Virus record (IMG/VR): IMGVR_UViG_3300044966_000489
Source: a virus
Reading direction: 5' to 3' (one strand)
DNA: 64,000 nt
The translations under genes were made by a program, and so were the position numbers. Numbering within the stretch: the first letter of the stretch is position 1; the number at the start of each line of letters is the position of its first letter. The notes beneath the pieces are model-generated. The model did not search any database. It saw only the letters and a list, made by a program, of their open reading frames with translations, and was not told where the DNA came from. Below, in pieces: positions 1-10,145 of this stretch.

Positions 1-1156
1 ATATTCTCTAGCTTCTGGAGTTAAGATTAAGAAGCCTTATATCTACGAAAAATTTTTTCCTGTTACCGCTGACAAATATATCACTTTTCATCCAAGCTCT
101 AAGCCTTCAAAGACTTATGATTATTGGCAGGAAGTAGTTAATCTTATTTTTCCTATTCTAAATGAAAAAGGAATAAAAATTATCCAGCTTGGACAAGACA
201 AAGAAAAGGTTTACAGCAATGTTCTAAGTTTTGTTGGATTAACTAATATTAATCAAACAGCTTTCGTTCTAAAAGACTCACTTCTTCATTTTGGAGCAGA
301 TAGCTTCCCTACTCATATTGCTTCTGGTTATGGTAAAAAGATTGTAGCATTGTATTCCAATAACTACATCAATTGCGTGAAGCCTTTCTTCGGAGACCCT
401 AAAGACCATATTTTGCTTGAGCCGAAGAGGACTAACAAGCCAACGTTTTCTTTTGAGGAGAATCCCAAAACAATCAATTCAATAAAGCCAGAGCATATTG
501 CTAATAGTATTCTAAAATTACTAGGCATCCCTCATAACAACTCTATCCAAACTCTTTATTTCGGCACCGAATACAATAACATGAGATTAGAAATGGTGCC
601 TAATCAAATTGTAAACCCAAAACAGTTTAATTCTAATAATATTGTTGTTAGAATGGACTTGGAGCATAACGAGAAATTCCTCAACGAACAGCTTCAAGTT
701 TGTCAATGCTTTATAATCACAGACAAACCTATTGATCCAAATATTATTATTAATAATAAAAATAATATTGGAAGAATTTTTTACGAAATTAAAGAAAACA
801 ACAACATAGGATTTGCAGACTTTTTAGCATCTAGTAATATTTCTTATCAATTGTTTACTTATTTAGAAGGCAAGGAATTAGAAGAAATTAAACTTAAATA
901 CCTTGAACAAGAGCATATTACTCAAATGCCAATTAATCTAAAAAAGAAAACTGGCATCGAATATACTTCCAACGCTTTCTATAAATCAAACAAGAGATTA
1001 ATTAGTAATGGCAAAGTTTACTTGAGTGAATCTTCTTTAAAAAATGGAATTGAAGCAAAGCAGCTTGCTGAACCCGTTATCGACTGTCCAGAGTTCTGGA
1101 AAGAGGTTGAGAATTTCTGGATTTTTAGAGTTGATAAGTCCGCAGTTTCGGCATAG
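1..1156 (+). CDS. Glycosyltransferase family 9 (heptosyltransferase)-like protein, 5'-truncated by the window edge
   Basis: The frame of the listed ORF 350..1156 is open back to position 2. The extra N-terminal part reads ...KYITFHPSSKPSKTYDYWQEVV...IIQLG...LLHFGADSFPTHIASGYGKKIVALY, matching the GT9 pattern (K-x-Y/W-x-x-W; G-x-D-S-x-x-x-H-I-A-x6-V-A-L-Y). Confidence 0.65.
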   Translation, partial: YSLASGVKIKKPYIYEKFFPVTADKYITFHPSSKPSKTYDYWQEVVNLIFPILNEKGIKIIQLGQDKEKVYSNVLSFVGLTNINQTAFVLKDSLLHFGADSFPTHIASGYGKKIVALYSNNYINCVKPFFGDPKDHILLEPKRTNKPTFSFEENPKTINSIKPEHIANSILKLLGIPHNNSIQTLYFGTEYNNMRLEMVPNQIVNPKQFNSNNIVVRMDLEHNEKFLNEQLQVCQCFIITDKPIDPNIIINNKNNIGRIFYEIKENNNIGFADFLASSNISYQLFTYLEGKELEEIKLKYLEQEHITQMPINLKKKTGIEYTSNAFYKSNKRLISNGKVYLSESSLKNGIEAKQLAEPVIDCPEFWKEVENFWIFRVDKSAVSA

Positions 1157-1159
1157 TAT
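1131..1159 (+). promoter_or_regulatory. Candidate sigma70-type promoter (-35 TTGATA, 17-nt spacer, -10 TAGTAT) for the gene at 1166
   Basis: TTGATA at 1131-1136 and TAGTAT at 1154-1159, exactly 17 nt apart. The GTG start at 1166 lies 7 nt after the -10 box and has no Shine-Dalgarno sequence. Confidence 0.45.
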
Positions 1160-1165
1160 ATCTAT

Positions 1166-1864
1166 GTGAATACTGTAAAGAAACTTGTTCGTTCCTCTGA
1201 AGGTCTCATTGAAGGTGTAGAATATCACTTTAATGATGACGGTTCTATTAACTGGCGAAAAATGATCAAGCCAGAATTCCTTGTTCCAAACAGGGATAAG
1301 ACCAATGAAACTGATGTTACTAAGCTAGAAGATAAAGATCTACTCATCCTTCTAGCTGGAATTAAATATGTAGCACAACTTAGAGGATTTCACTCTGTTG
1401 ATTACACCGTAACCTCTCCAAGTTCAGACTATGTAGTAGCAGTTTGTAAAATAGACTGGATTTCAAACTATGAAACAGAAGGAAATTGCATTACATTTTC
1501 TTCTATTGGAGATGCTTCTCCCGGTAACACTAAGGACTTTGCTCGTCATTTCTTGGGTCCAATTGCCGAAAATAGAGCGTTTATTCGCTGCGTCCGAAAC
1601 TTCTTAAAGATCAACATCGTTGGTCAAGATGAAATTGGCAAGTCGAAGAACAATGTTGTTGATGATTCCGCCGAGTCTTCAGCCATCTTTGAGCCTCATG
1701 CTATTCTTGAAAAAGTAATGAAAGAGAAGAGCGTTACTTTTACGAAGCTTAAAGAAAAATTGATTAAAGAAAACTATACTAACGCTGATTCTCTTATGTC
1801 AATAGCTGACATTCCAAAGATTAAAATCTTTGAATTGATTGAAAGAATTCAAAAGCTTAAGTAA
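1166..1864 (+). CDS. Probable single-strand annealing/recombination protein (Rad52/RecT-superfamily-like)
   Basis: 232 aa. Motifs LAGIKYVAQLRG, IGDASPGN and AENRAFIRCVRNFLKINIVGQDE resemble the conserved AE[T/N]RAxxRxxR...[D/E]E helix of phage annealases, followed by a charged C-terminal tail. Confidence 0.5.
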   Translation: MNTVKKLVRSSEGLIEGVEYHFNDDGSINWRKMIKPEFLVPNRDKTNETDVTKLEDKDLLILLAGIKYVAQLRGFHSVDYTVTSPSSDYVVAVCKIDWISNYETEGNCITFSSIGDASPGNTKDFARHFLGPIAENRAFIRCVRNFLKINIVGQDEIGKSKNNVVDDSAESSAIFEPHAILEKVMKEKSVTFTKLKEKLIKENYTNADSLMSIADIPKIKIFELIERIQKLK

Positions 1865-4800
1865 TTAAGAAACTCCGATTCCGGGCGAGCTAGAACCTGC
1901 TCCTACTGAACCTGCAAATATTTTACTTGAAGAGCTTACTGTTCCTAATCCTTTAAATAGAGAAGCTTCTGAATTAATAGTTTCAATTCTAAGTTTTAAG
2001 TATTTAGAGTCAATTGGATCATTTGCAATGACGTAATCTCCAGACGGAGGAATATTGGTAGAAAAATCTACTCTTAAATATTTTCCATTCTTGGAAGGTT
2101 TAGTTGTGGTAAGCATAAACCTCTTTCCGTTATACCCAGTGGGATAAAGGATTGAGGTTTTTAATTGTAAATCCATGCTATTAAAATCAGCATCGTCATT
2201 AGAATAAATCTCATCATATCTAAGTGTTAAATTATTTTTACCAACATATTGATTACCCGTTAAAATAATATCAGCTATTCTTGCGAAGTTATTTGGATTT
2301 TGAATAGTTAAAAATGGCTGATCTGTTGTTTCATAAACTGCTCCATAGTTAGCTAATCTCATGTCTAGTTTTTCACCAACCACGAAACCGTTATCCAATG
2401 GAAACGTAACTGACGGGCTATAATAAGCATAGTATTTAGAACCATCTCCACTTTGTGCAGCAAAGTTGTTTCCAGAAAAAATTAAGTTCGCAGGTGGATT
2501 TTTTAATATAAACCCAGAAGAAGGATTTGATACTATAGCGTTATTGCCTTGCCAGAAATTTGGAGTAGAAGAAGTTGGATTAAATATTATATCTACTCCT
2601 GTAACTTGACCAACATATGGAGGCATGAAAGAAACTAAAGCGTTTGCAGTTGGAACTCCTGCTCCTCCATCTGTAAAGCCTATTGATATTGCAGATGATG
2701 CATAACCAGCACCTCCACTAATAATACTGTATCCAGTAATATTTCCGCCAGCAGAATTAAAGAAATTTATCTTTGCCTGTTTTTTATTAAATTGGAAGAC
2801 TGTTGGGAAATTTTCTACTAGCACTCCATTTACTTTTGTAAAAAAGTTAACACCAGTCAAATACCTAACTCCTTCACCATTGAAAGTAATAACAGAGCCA
2901 TCCCATCCGCTAACCTGAGTTGTTCCATCTAGTCTATATGTTAAGTTATTGTTTAGATAAGCGTCATTGATTGAGATGAATGGAATATAATTAAAATTAC
3001 CAGTAACAGGATACTCTTCTCCTAAATAAGTTTGGAGATAGAACATTCCAGAGATTGGCCTTATGTCTTCTACGTCTTTGCCATGTAAATTCTTTCCTGC
3101 CATTGATGGAGGATAGAATTTTAACTGACCATAATCTTTATAAATAACACTACTATTTAAGTCTCTAGAATCAGTTACTACTGTTATTCCTGATTTATAA
3201 TTAACTGCTAAATAAGGGAAAGACGTAGCTATTGCTCCAGAAGCTCCTCTAGCAAGAGTACCAACTCCCTCAAATTTAATTCCTGTTACATAATTAAGAT
3301 TTTCTCCAGTTAAAGTAATTAGTGATCTATATGTACCTGTTAGAATGTTTAAAGATGAAGTAGAAATAGATGGAGCTTTAATTGTGATAGTTTTGTACAT
3401 GTTATCTGCATCAAAGCTATTTCTTTGGAAAAATATCTGACCACTTCCAACATATCCATCTAAAGTTATGTAACTATTTGAACTTACTGTGGTTCCAATG
3501 CCAATCGTATCTGAACCACTGAGTAGCAATCCTAAGTCAGGTATTTGAGAAGAAACGTCTGATACAATATTTAAATTTCCAGAAAGAATAGAGTATCCAG
3601 TATAAGGTTGAGCTAATCCAGAAAGGGTAGAGATGTCAGCAACTGACATTGCTTGAGAAATTAAATACTGACCTGTTTTATTTGTTAGATTATTAAATCC
3701 ACTAATGTAAAGGTCTCTTGTTTGAAAATTATGAGCATTGATTCCTGTAACTAATATAATATCTCTAGTTCTATAAGTATCAGTATTTGAACCAGAAACA
3801 GTTGTGCTTGGATTAAATGAAGGAGAAAATCCTTTTATTTCAACAGTGGTGCCTGAATTAAAAAATCTAAAAACCCCTTTCTTTACATCTCTCGGCACTC
3901 TTATCAAAGCTCCAGTTGAAGTAGGAGCTACAACATGAGGATATTTTATTATTTCATTATTAAATCCAACGCCATAAAAATCAAGACTACTTAAATTACT
4001 ACCAGACAGAGTTATTGAATCATTAAAATAAGCAGAGTTTGGAGTTATTTTTGAGATAATAGGGTTAATAAAAGTTAAAGAATCTGTCGTAGTTACTCTT
4101 GTACTACCATTAACAACTATTGGACCATCTGTAATATCATAAACTTGAGGAATGAAAAAGCTTAATCCGCTAATGCTTTGCCTTCTAAAAGCTGTAATTA
4201 CCTTGTAAGCACCATCTTGTCTGCCTAGTTCTATAGAAGTAACTGTATTTAAAAATTTTCCAGATAGGGTAATTAAAGTATTTGCGACCCCAGTTATTGG
4301 AGAAAATCCATCTACAACAAGAGTTCCGCTCGCTATAGGCAAACCACTTGGATAAGTATAATTATAGTAATTAGAATTGATAGAAAGAGAATCGCCGCTT
4401 TGAGCAAAATCAGGAACAGTAAATACTATTCTTTGAGAAAACTCTGAACCATCTTGAGATATAGTATAATTGCTAACAGGATAACTTCCTATGTTAATTG
4501 AACCTACATAGTAGATGTCGCTTCCGTATCCAGTTGCTGGCTGACCTTGGGTTAATAATGCGGGATATATTCCTGTTATTGTTGGAGTTTTAAGGAATGT
4601 GAATTGTTTATCAAACCCACCAGTAATTCTAGAATATGTGTTATCTAATACTAAATTAGTTTTTCTAGTTGAAGATAAGTTAGGAGTATTAAGACTTAAA
4701 TAACCGAAAGTCCTAACGTTATCATCTATTAAGTCAGCATTTGCATGAATTAAAACCTCTGTATTTGAATTATTTCTGGCTCTCCTAATAGGAGCAAAAT

Positions 4801-7375
4801 TAGAATATTGATAAGGATTTTCTCTTACAACTCTAACTTCATCTATATAACCGCTCCAATAATTAGCAGGAGTATTTGCATAATCTCTTCCAATATAAAT
4901 ATCAAAAACTGGATTTGTTAAACTCTTGTCGGCATTTAAACTAAAATCAAGATTAGAAGTAGCAAAGTTCAAATTGTAATTAATTCCAGATAAATTAATT
5001 GGTGCGCCATTCAATAATATCTTTCCACTAATACTGCTTCTATTAAAGTAGCTCTTACAAATTGAAAGTCGATTCCAGTCGCTTGTATTTATTTGTCCAG
5101 AAAAGTTTGAATTAAATCCATCCCAATCAATACCAGACACGACTAATTGATTAGAAGTGACAAAGACATTTAATCCACTTTGACTACCTATCAAGAATTT
5201 TTTATCTGAAGAAGAAAAACTAGCCAATGGTCTAAAGTCTAACTCCACTGCAAAAGTGTTTCCATAGCTTAAAGGAATGTTTGGAGATTGACCAGTAATA
5301 GAAAACTTAATGTATGGTCCGGGGCTTCCAGAAAATAAGAAGCTTCTGTCGTCATATTTTGACGTATTGTTGCTTATTCTTACAGAGCTAGAAGCTGTTA
5401 AATCTTTTGCGTTTCTAAATGTCGATTGATAAGAATAGCTATTTGAATTTTCTGTAGCCTCAACTAATGAATTAGCGTCTCCAGTGTCTTGGAAAAGAAT
5501 TTGCGTTTCTGGATACATATTGTGACCAATGATTTCTACTGAACCGCCAATGTAATTTTCAAATGTAGAAACATTTTTTATCATTGGATCTGCTTTTATT
5601 ATTTCAAAATTCTTAAACAAGAAGTCTCTTCCTCCTGAATTTTTTATCGTAATATCGTAACATCCAGCATCAGCATTCGTTCCAGTAAAAGTTAAACTAG
5701 AACCAACAGAGTTTTTTACAAAAGCAGAGATTGGAAATACCTTGTTATAAAGTCCATAATTGTAATCTTCTACATAACCAGATATGTCTCTAATCTTAGA
5801 TAGTTGAGTTCTATCTCCTCTATAATCATAATCAGAATAATTACCTTGCAGCAATATAACTGTATTTTGAGTATCAAATAATCCAGAACCAGTCATTACT
5901 TGACCAATAGAACTATATAATCCAGCACCTTTAATAATTCTGAAATCTTCTATATATCCAGAAAATGGATTTACTCCATAAGCTCCATAAGAACCCGTAT
6001 TATGAGTTCCAATAAATAAGCCGCTACCCGCTGTTATTGTATAAGGAGTTCCAGCAGAAACAGTAGAAAAAGATTGCCTATTAGTACCGCTTATTGCCAC
6101 AAATGTATCACCATTTGCAGAAGTTCTAGATATTATTACTTTAGTCCATTGATTTGCTGGAATCAAAGAAGTCGCAATTGTAGCTTTAGCTGAATTACTA
6201 GCGTAAAATGTCCAATTAGTGCTTGCAGCAGCTTTATAAAAATAAAAACCATTTCCATCCCATCCTTGATCTTGGAACATATCAATTCTTGGAGTTGAAG
6301 TGTATGGCAATGGATTAACTGAAAATTCTATAGTAAATGGATCTGCTCCAAAACTAAAATCACCACCAGAAGGAGAAGGAATTTGCAGATAAGAACTTCC
6401 GCTAAACAGTAAAGATCTACCAAAAAGCCCAACTTGAGAACTTCTAACTCCGCTATTTAATATAGTTTTTGGTTGTCTATAGTTTAGTCCGCTTAGAGTA
6501 ATTCCAGTAGCGTAATTAAAGTTTTTACCGATGGCAATATTAGATTGTCCAGAATTTAAATAGTAATTTAAAGCATTAAATACAACAGGAGCTTTAAGAA
6601 CAGTTATTTGATTTCTGGAAGTAAAAGTAGTGTCGTCTTTTGAATTTATTGTTACAAATCCAGCATTAGCATTTACAGGAACAACGCCCGAAATAATATC
6701 TCCACCTCCAGTAAAAGGAGCAGTCACAAATCCAGTAACTCCATTGTCTACAGAAGTAGTAAAGTTGACAGGGAAGTAGCTTTGATTTACATAAGACAAG
6801 TTAAAATTATTTCCAGATATTCTAAGTATGTCTCCTTCATATGGCAGATTATCACTAAATCCACTTATATAAATGCGACCATAAAAATTAAAATCACTAG
6901 CTACGGAAACTATTCCAGTATTATTATAACCGCTAACTCTAATTGGACCTGTTGTATAACCACTTGGAACCTTAACTAATAGAACGCCGCTATCTGGTTG
7001 ATAAGATAGATTTGTTCCAGTGATATTATTAAAGGATACATATTGTACGCCACTTAATGATTTGCCACTTACTGCAACAAATTGACCAACCTCTTGTGTT
7101 TGTGGTATTATGGCATCCAATCTTGGTATTGGAAAAAAGTCTACTCCACTTACATACATTGGAGAAGAGACCGAATTTCCAGTAATAAAATAAAATTTAG
7201 CCTGACCAAAAGCTACATTTTCTGGAACGTTAAATTCAATATATTCTGGTGAAGCGTCGTAATAAGAAAAATCAATGAAGCCAGCACCGGGAAGCTGCAA
7301 TCCACTTACTGCATAAAGACCCGCGCCCGTGACGCGCATCTTTTGATTTATTAAACCTGTATTGTAGCTTGGCAT
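1865..7375 (-). CDS. Large virion structural protein with multiple IPT/TIG-like repeats and two LamG/concanavalin-A-like domains (putative side fibre or tail-tip appendage)
   Basis: 1836 aa. Repeated IPT-type segments (P-x-I-x-x-[FI]-x-P...ITLSGxN[FL]). LamG signatures FTIEF...FSGYIEDFRIIKG and WSGYIDEVRVV. Confidence 0.6.
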   Translation of the reverse strand: MPSYNTGLINQKMRVTGAGLYAVSGLQLPGAGFIDFSYYDASPEYIEFNVPENVAFGQAKFYFITGNSVSSPMYVSGVDFFPIPRLDAIIPQTQEVGQFVAVSGKSLSGVQYVSFNNITGTNLSYQPDSGVLLVKVPSGYTTGPIRVSGYNNTGIVSVASDFNFYGRIYISGFSDNLPYEGDILRISGNNFNLSYVNQSYFPVNFTTSVDNGVTGFVTAPFTGGGDIISGVVPVNANAGFVTINSKDDTTFTSRNQITVLKAPVVFNALNYYLNSGQSNIAIGKNFNYATGITLSGLNYRQPKTILNSGVRSSQVGLFGRSLLFSGSSYLQIPSPSGGDFSFGADPFTIEFSVNPLPYTSTPRIDMFQDQGWDGNGFYFYKAAASTNWTFYASNSAKATIATSLIPANQWTKVIISRTSANGDTFVAISGTNRQSFSTVSAGTPYTITAGSGLFIGTHNTGSYGAYGVNPFSGYIEDFRIIKGAGLYSSIGQVMTGSGLFDTQNTVILLQGNYSDYDYRGDRTQLSKIRDISGYVEDYNYGLYNKVFPISAFVKNSVGSSLTFTGTNADAGCYDITIKNSGGRDFLFKNFEIIKADPMIKNVSTFENYIGGSVEIIGHNMYPETQILFQDTGDANSLVEATENSNSYSYQSTFRNAKDLTASSSVRISNNTSKYDDRSFLFSGSPGPYIKFSITGQSPNIPLSYGNTFAVELDFRPLASFSSSDKKFLIGSQSGLNVFVTSNQLVVSGIDWDGFNSNFSGQINTSDWNRLSICKSYFNRSSISGKILLNGAPINLSGINYNLNFATSNLDFSLNADKSLTNPVFDIYIGRDYANTPANYWSGYIDEVRVVRENPYQYSNFAPIRRARNNSNTEVLIHANADLIDDNVRTFGYLSLNTPNLSSTRKTNLVLDNTYSRITGGFDKQFTFLKTPTITGIYPALLTQGQPATGYGSDIYYVGSINIGSYPVSNYTISQDGSEFSQRIVFTVPDFAQSGDSLSINSNYYNYTYPSGLPIASGTLVVDGFSPITGVANTLITLSGKFLNTVTSIELGRQDGAYKVITAFRRQSISGLSFFIPQVYDITDGPIVVNGSTRVTTTDSLTFINPIISKITPNSAYFNDSITLSGSNLSSLDFYGVGFNNEIIKYPHVVAPTSTGALIRVPRDVKKGVFRFFNSGTTVEIKGFSPSFNPSTTVSGSNTDTYRTRDIILVTGINAHNFQTRDLYISGFNNLTNKTGQYLISQAMSVADISTLSGLAQPYTGYSILSGNLNIVSDVSSQIPDLGLLLSGSDTIGIGTTVSSNSYITLDGYVGSGQIFFQRNSFDADNMYKTITIKAPSISTSSLNILTGTYRSLITLTGENLNYVTGIKFEGVGTLARGASGAIATSFPYLAVNYKSGITVVTDSRDLNSSVIYKDYGQLKFYPPSMAGKNLHGKDVEDIRPISGMFYLQTYLGEEYPVTGNFNYIPFISINDAYLNNNLTYRLDGTTQVSGWDGSVITFNGEGVRYLTGVNFFTKVNGVLVENFPTVFQFNKKQAKINFFNSAGGNITGYSIISGGAGYASSAISIGFTDGGAGVPTANALVSFMPPYVGQVTGVDIIFNPTSSTPNFWQGNNAIVSNPSSGFILKNPPANLIFSGNNFAAQSGDGSKYYAYYSPSVTFPLDNGFVVGEKLDMRLANYGAVYETTDQPFLTIQNPNNFARIADIILTGNQYVGKNNLTLRYDEIYSNDDADFNSMDLQLKTSILYPTGYNGKRFMLTTTKPSKNGKYLRVDFSTNIPPSGDYVIANDPIDSKYLKLRIETINSEASLFKGLGTVSSSSKIFAGSVGAGSSSPGIGVS

Positions 7376-7376
7376 A

Positions 7377-8456
7377 TTATAATCCTTGAAACTGCGTAGA
7401 TAATCTTATATCATTAACAGATACACTTGTTTTAAAGTTAAAAATAGAAGAAGAAGTCGTCTCTTCTGTCTCTATGAAAATAGCAGCAGCACCTTTTAAA
7501 CTTGTAGGAGCAACCGCAGTAAGCAAAGAAGTAGAAACCGGAGTAAAAGAAGCTGCCTCTGTGTTTCCAAAAAGAATCCTTTTAACGTTTATAAAATTAC
7601 TTCCATTTATTGTCACGGTGGCTCCGGGCAATATAACTCTTGGAGTGAAATCAGTTATTGCTGGTCTAAAATGCGAGAAGTCTTGTTTTAAAGAAAACTC
7701 AGATCTTATGTATCCTTGAGACTCGACAGAAGATCTTTTAGAGGAAATTATTCCCGCAAAAGACAATGTATCAAGAGGAACTGCCCCTGTTTGAAGCGAA
7801 ATATAAAAGTCGCAAGGAACTCCAGAATATGGGAGAGAAACATTAAAGTTATCTATCTCAAAAGAAACCGATTGAGACCTCTTTCCAAGATAAGCCCTAC
7901 CGCTTTGATCAAAAGTAGAAGCTCCTTCTTTATTGTACTTCTGGACCTCTCTTTGGTATTGATAGCTAAAATTTGTAAAATTATAACCGTTAGAATCAAA
8001 AGCAGTACCATCTAGATTTCCAGACAGATAAAAATTTGAAAAATTTAAGGGTGTAATTTCTGGCACATTGGCCGGGGCAGTAGGAGAAAAAGAGCCTTTT
8101 AATGTTTCAAAAACTTTAAGCTCAAGATCTACTTTAGCTAAAGAATCTGGAGACCCTTTTATAGAATAGCTTGTAACGTAACCACTTTGGAAATATAGAC
8201 CACAAAAATTTCCAGAAATACCCTGCTCAGAATTTGCGCCTAAAAGATATTCCTTAACAAAGTCTTTTCCTGTCAAGTAATAAGAAATAGAAAAACTTGT
8301 ATCTACTGTATCTTCTGGAGAATATGTATAAGAGTTCTTTTTAAATTCTTCATTATAAACAGGAGTGTTACTTGAATCAAGAGACATATTTACATTAGTG
8401 GCTAGTATGTCTACGCCACTTAGCTTAAATGTGCAATTTTTATAGTTGAAAAACAT
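7377..8456 (-). CDS. Tail-tube-fold paralog with a C-terminal IPT/TIG domain
   Basis: 359 aa. SGYVTSYSIKG...AKVDLELKVF resembles the tube-protein segment GFLTNYSINAAVGDFPTTSVSL. The C-terminus PAITDFTPRVILPGATVTINGSNFINVKRILFG is a typical IPT domain. Confidence 0.5.
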   Translation of the reverse strand: MFFNYKNCTFKLSGVDILATNVNMSLDSSNTPVYNEEFKKNSYTYSPEDTVDTSFSISYYLTGKDFVKEYLLGANSEQGISGNFCGLYFQSGYVTSYSIKGSPDSLAKVDLELKVFETLKGSFSPTAPANVPEITPLNFSNFYLSGNLDGTAFDSNGYNFTNFSYQYQREVQKYNKEGASTFDQSGRAYLGKRSQSVSFEIDNFNVSLPYSGVPCDFYISLQTGAVPLDTLSFAGIISSKRSSVESQGYIRSEFSLKQDFSHFRPAITDFTPRVILPGATVTINGSNFINVKRILFGNTEAASFTPVSTSLLTAVAPTSLKGAAAIFIETEETTSSSIFNFKTSVSVNDIRLSTQFQGL

Positions 8457-9260
8457 TTAGAAACTCCTTTTTAATGATATTTTATTTTTAGCGAAATCGT
8501 CAATATTAATTGATAGATTGGAAGAGTCAATCTTACTTCCTGAAGTGTTGATAATCATTATTGATTGATCGCCAAAAGTAGTTATGTTTATCTTGGCGTT
8601 TTCTGCTGTTGATAAGTCTGCGTTAGAGAAATTTGAATTAAAATTTTCTACAGTAAAATCAAACGTTTCTTCTCCAGCGGACAAATCAACTTGTCTTGGT
8701 CTTTGTTGACCGACTGAATAAATTGGATTCCAGTTGATAGAGATGCCGTAGTTGAAGTCTAAAACATTATAAAGAGCGGCTGTTCCTGAGACTTTAGCAT
8801 TCCACGAATGAGCTATGCCTGATCCGCTGGCTAAATTATTAATTGCAGTTTTGTCATTAATACTTCCAGAAAGATTAGAAAAACTAGAAAGAGAAACAGA
8901 AGCTTGTACTTTTGAATTAGGATTTACTGTCAATGAATATCTAGAAGGATAAAAAGACCCACTTACCCCTGCCAAAACAACCTGAACAGGAACAACTGCT
9001 TCAGGAAAGCTACCAGTAAAAATTCCTGTTTTTATGTAATCGAAACATTTATATATAGGATCAGAGATGTTTGGAAAATAAGTAAACTCAATATTAGTCT
9101 CATCTGCTTTAGTTTTAAACATCTGAGACGAGTTTTGTCTTCCGATTACATAAGTAGAATTTATGTTTCTATTTACTCCAATAGAAGTATTCTGAGCCAG
9201 AACTAGTCCTGACCCAAAACGCGAATTAAATATTACTTCACACTCATTAAAATATTTCAT
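8457..9260 (-). CDS. Tail-tube-fold paralog (minor tail protein)
   Basis: 267 aa. AQNTSIGVNRNINSTYVIG and FNYGISINWNPIYSVG match the two repeat halves of the tube proteins at 35949-38858. Confidence 0.5.
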   Translation of the reverse strand: MKYFNECEVIFNSRFGSGLVLAQNTSIGVNRNINSTYVIGRQNSSQMFKTKADETNIEFTYFPNISDPIYKCFDYIKTGIFTGSFPEAVVPVQVVLAGVSGSFYPSRYSLTVNPNSKVQASVSLSSFSNLSGSINDKTAINNLASGSGIAHSWNAKVSGTAALYNVLDFNYGISINWNPIYSVGQQRPRQVDLSAGEETFDFTVENFNSNFSNADLSTAENAKINITTFGDQSIMIINTSGSKIDSSNLSINIDDFAKNKISLKRSF

Positions 9261-9269
9261 CCTTTTGCC

Positions 9270-10088
9270 TTATTTCAGATAGCCCCTGTACCTTACCGTT
9301 ATTCCTACAGGAGAATTTACACTAGCAGAGAAGTCTTCGGAAACGTCAATGAAATAACATAACGAACTTCCAAAATTAAAGTTTACTGAATTACCATTAA
9401 AATCTTTAGTGTTAATATAAAAATTACTTATATTCTTCAAGTTATAAGACAAATCAGACAGCTTTTGAAGCACATAGTTGTCTTGAGCTATATTAAAATC
9501 ACAACTCACTTCAAGAGGGTAAATACTTTTAACAGAAAAAGGAGTGGAAGAGCCTAAGTAATAGGCGGGATTTCTATTAACTGCTATGCTTAAATTGAAA
9601 GAATTGACTCTATTTGTTGTGAAATCATTTATTCCTATATCAATAGTGTTTGAGTTTACCAATGCTGTTGAGCTAGTTTGATTAAAAGAACCCGCCGAAG
9701 AAATTGAACCAGCATCATTAAAAATTTGAAAATCTGCTCTAACAGTAGGAATTTCTCCGATTTGGGCACCGCAAGTATAAGAAGTTAAATATCCACTTTG
9801 AAATCCAAATAGGATATTAGAACTAGGATTAGCCTTCTTGGTTACGAAGCCATAATTTCCAGCTTCCCCTGTGCAACCAAGAAAATCATTGGACGTTGTT
9901 AATAAACTAGTCACAGACAAATTAGCAGCCTTTGCTCCTTCTGGAGTGTAAAAGCTGCTATTCATACCAAGATATTTGGTATGTTGAACTGGCATTTGAT
10001 AGGAAGCCTGAATCTCCTGAACGCCATGAACTTGGCTTTGATTCAAGTAAAAATCCAAGTTCTGCTTATTTAGTCGAGATAATGCCAT
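9270..10088 (-). CDS. Tail-tube-fold paralog (minor tail protein)
   Basis: 272 aa. GYLTSYTCGAQIGEIPTVRADF aligns with GFLTNYSINAAVGDFPTTSVSL, and SFNLSIAVNRNPAYYLG...YPLEV aligns with NFSISMGLNRTPLQKIG...FPVTV of the 395-aa tube protein. Confidence 0.6.
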   Translation of the reverse strand: MALSRLNKQNLDFYLNQSQVHGVQEIQASYQMPVQHTKYLGMNSSFYTPEGAKAANLSVTSLLTTSNDFLGCTGEAGNYGFVTKKANPSSNILFGFQSGYLTSYTCGAQIGEIPTVRADFQIFNDAGSISSAGSFNQTSSTALVNSNTIDIGINDFTTNRVNSFNLSIAVNRNPAYYLGSSTPFSVKSIYPLEVSCDFNIAQDNYVLQKLSDLSYNLKNISNFYINTKDFNGNSVNFNFGSSLCYFIDVSEDFSASVNSPVGITVRYRGYLK

Positions 10089-10101
10089 CTTATTTTATTA
10101 T

Positions 10102-10119
10102 TTACACAAAAAAGTGTAA
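10102..10119. promoter_or_regulatory. Back-to-back GTGTAA motifs (candidate divergent late promoters)
   Basis: TTACAC (10102-10107) and GTGTAA (10114-10119) sit in the 57-nt divergent gap, each followed on its own strand by an A/T tract. The same motif precedes four other genes. Confidence 0.5.
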
Positions 10120-10145
10120 TAATAAGTTGGTAAAAGGTAAAAGGT

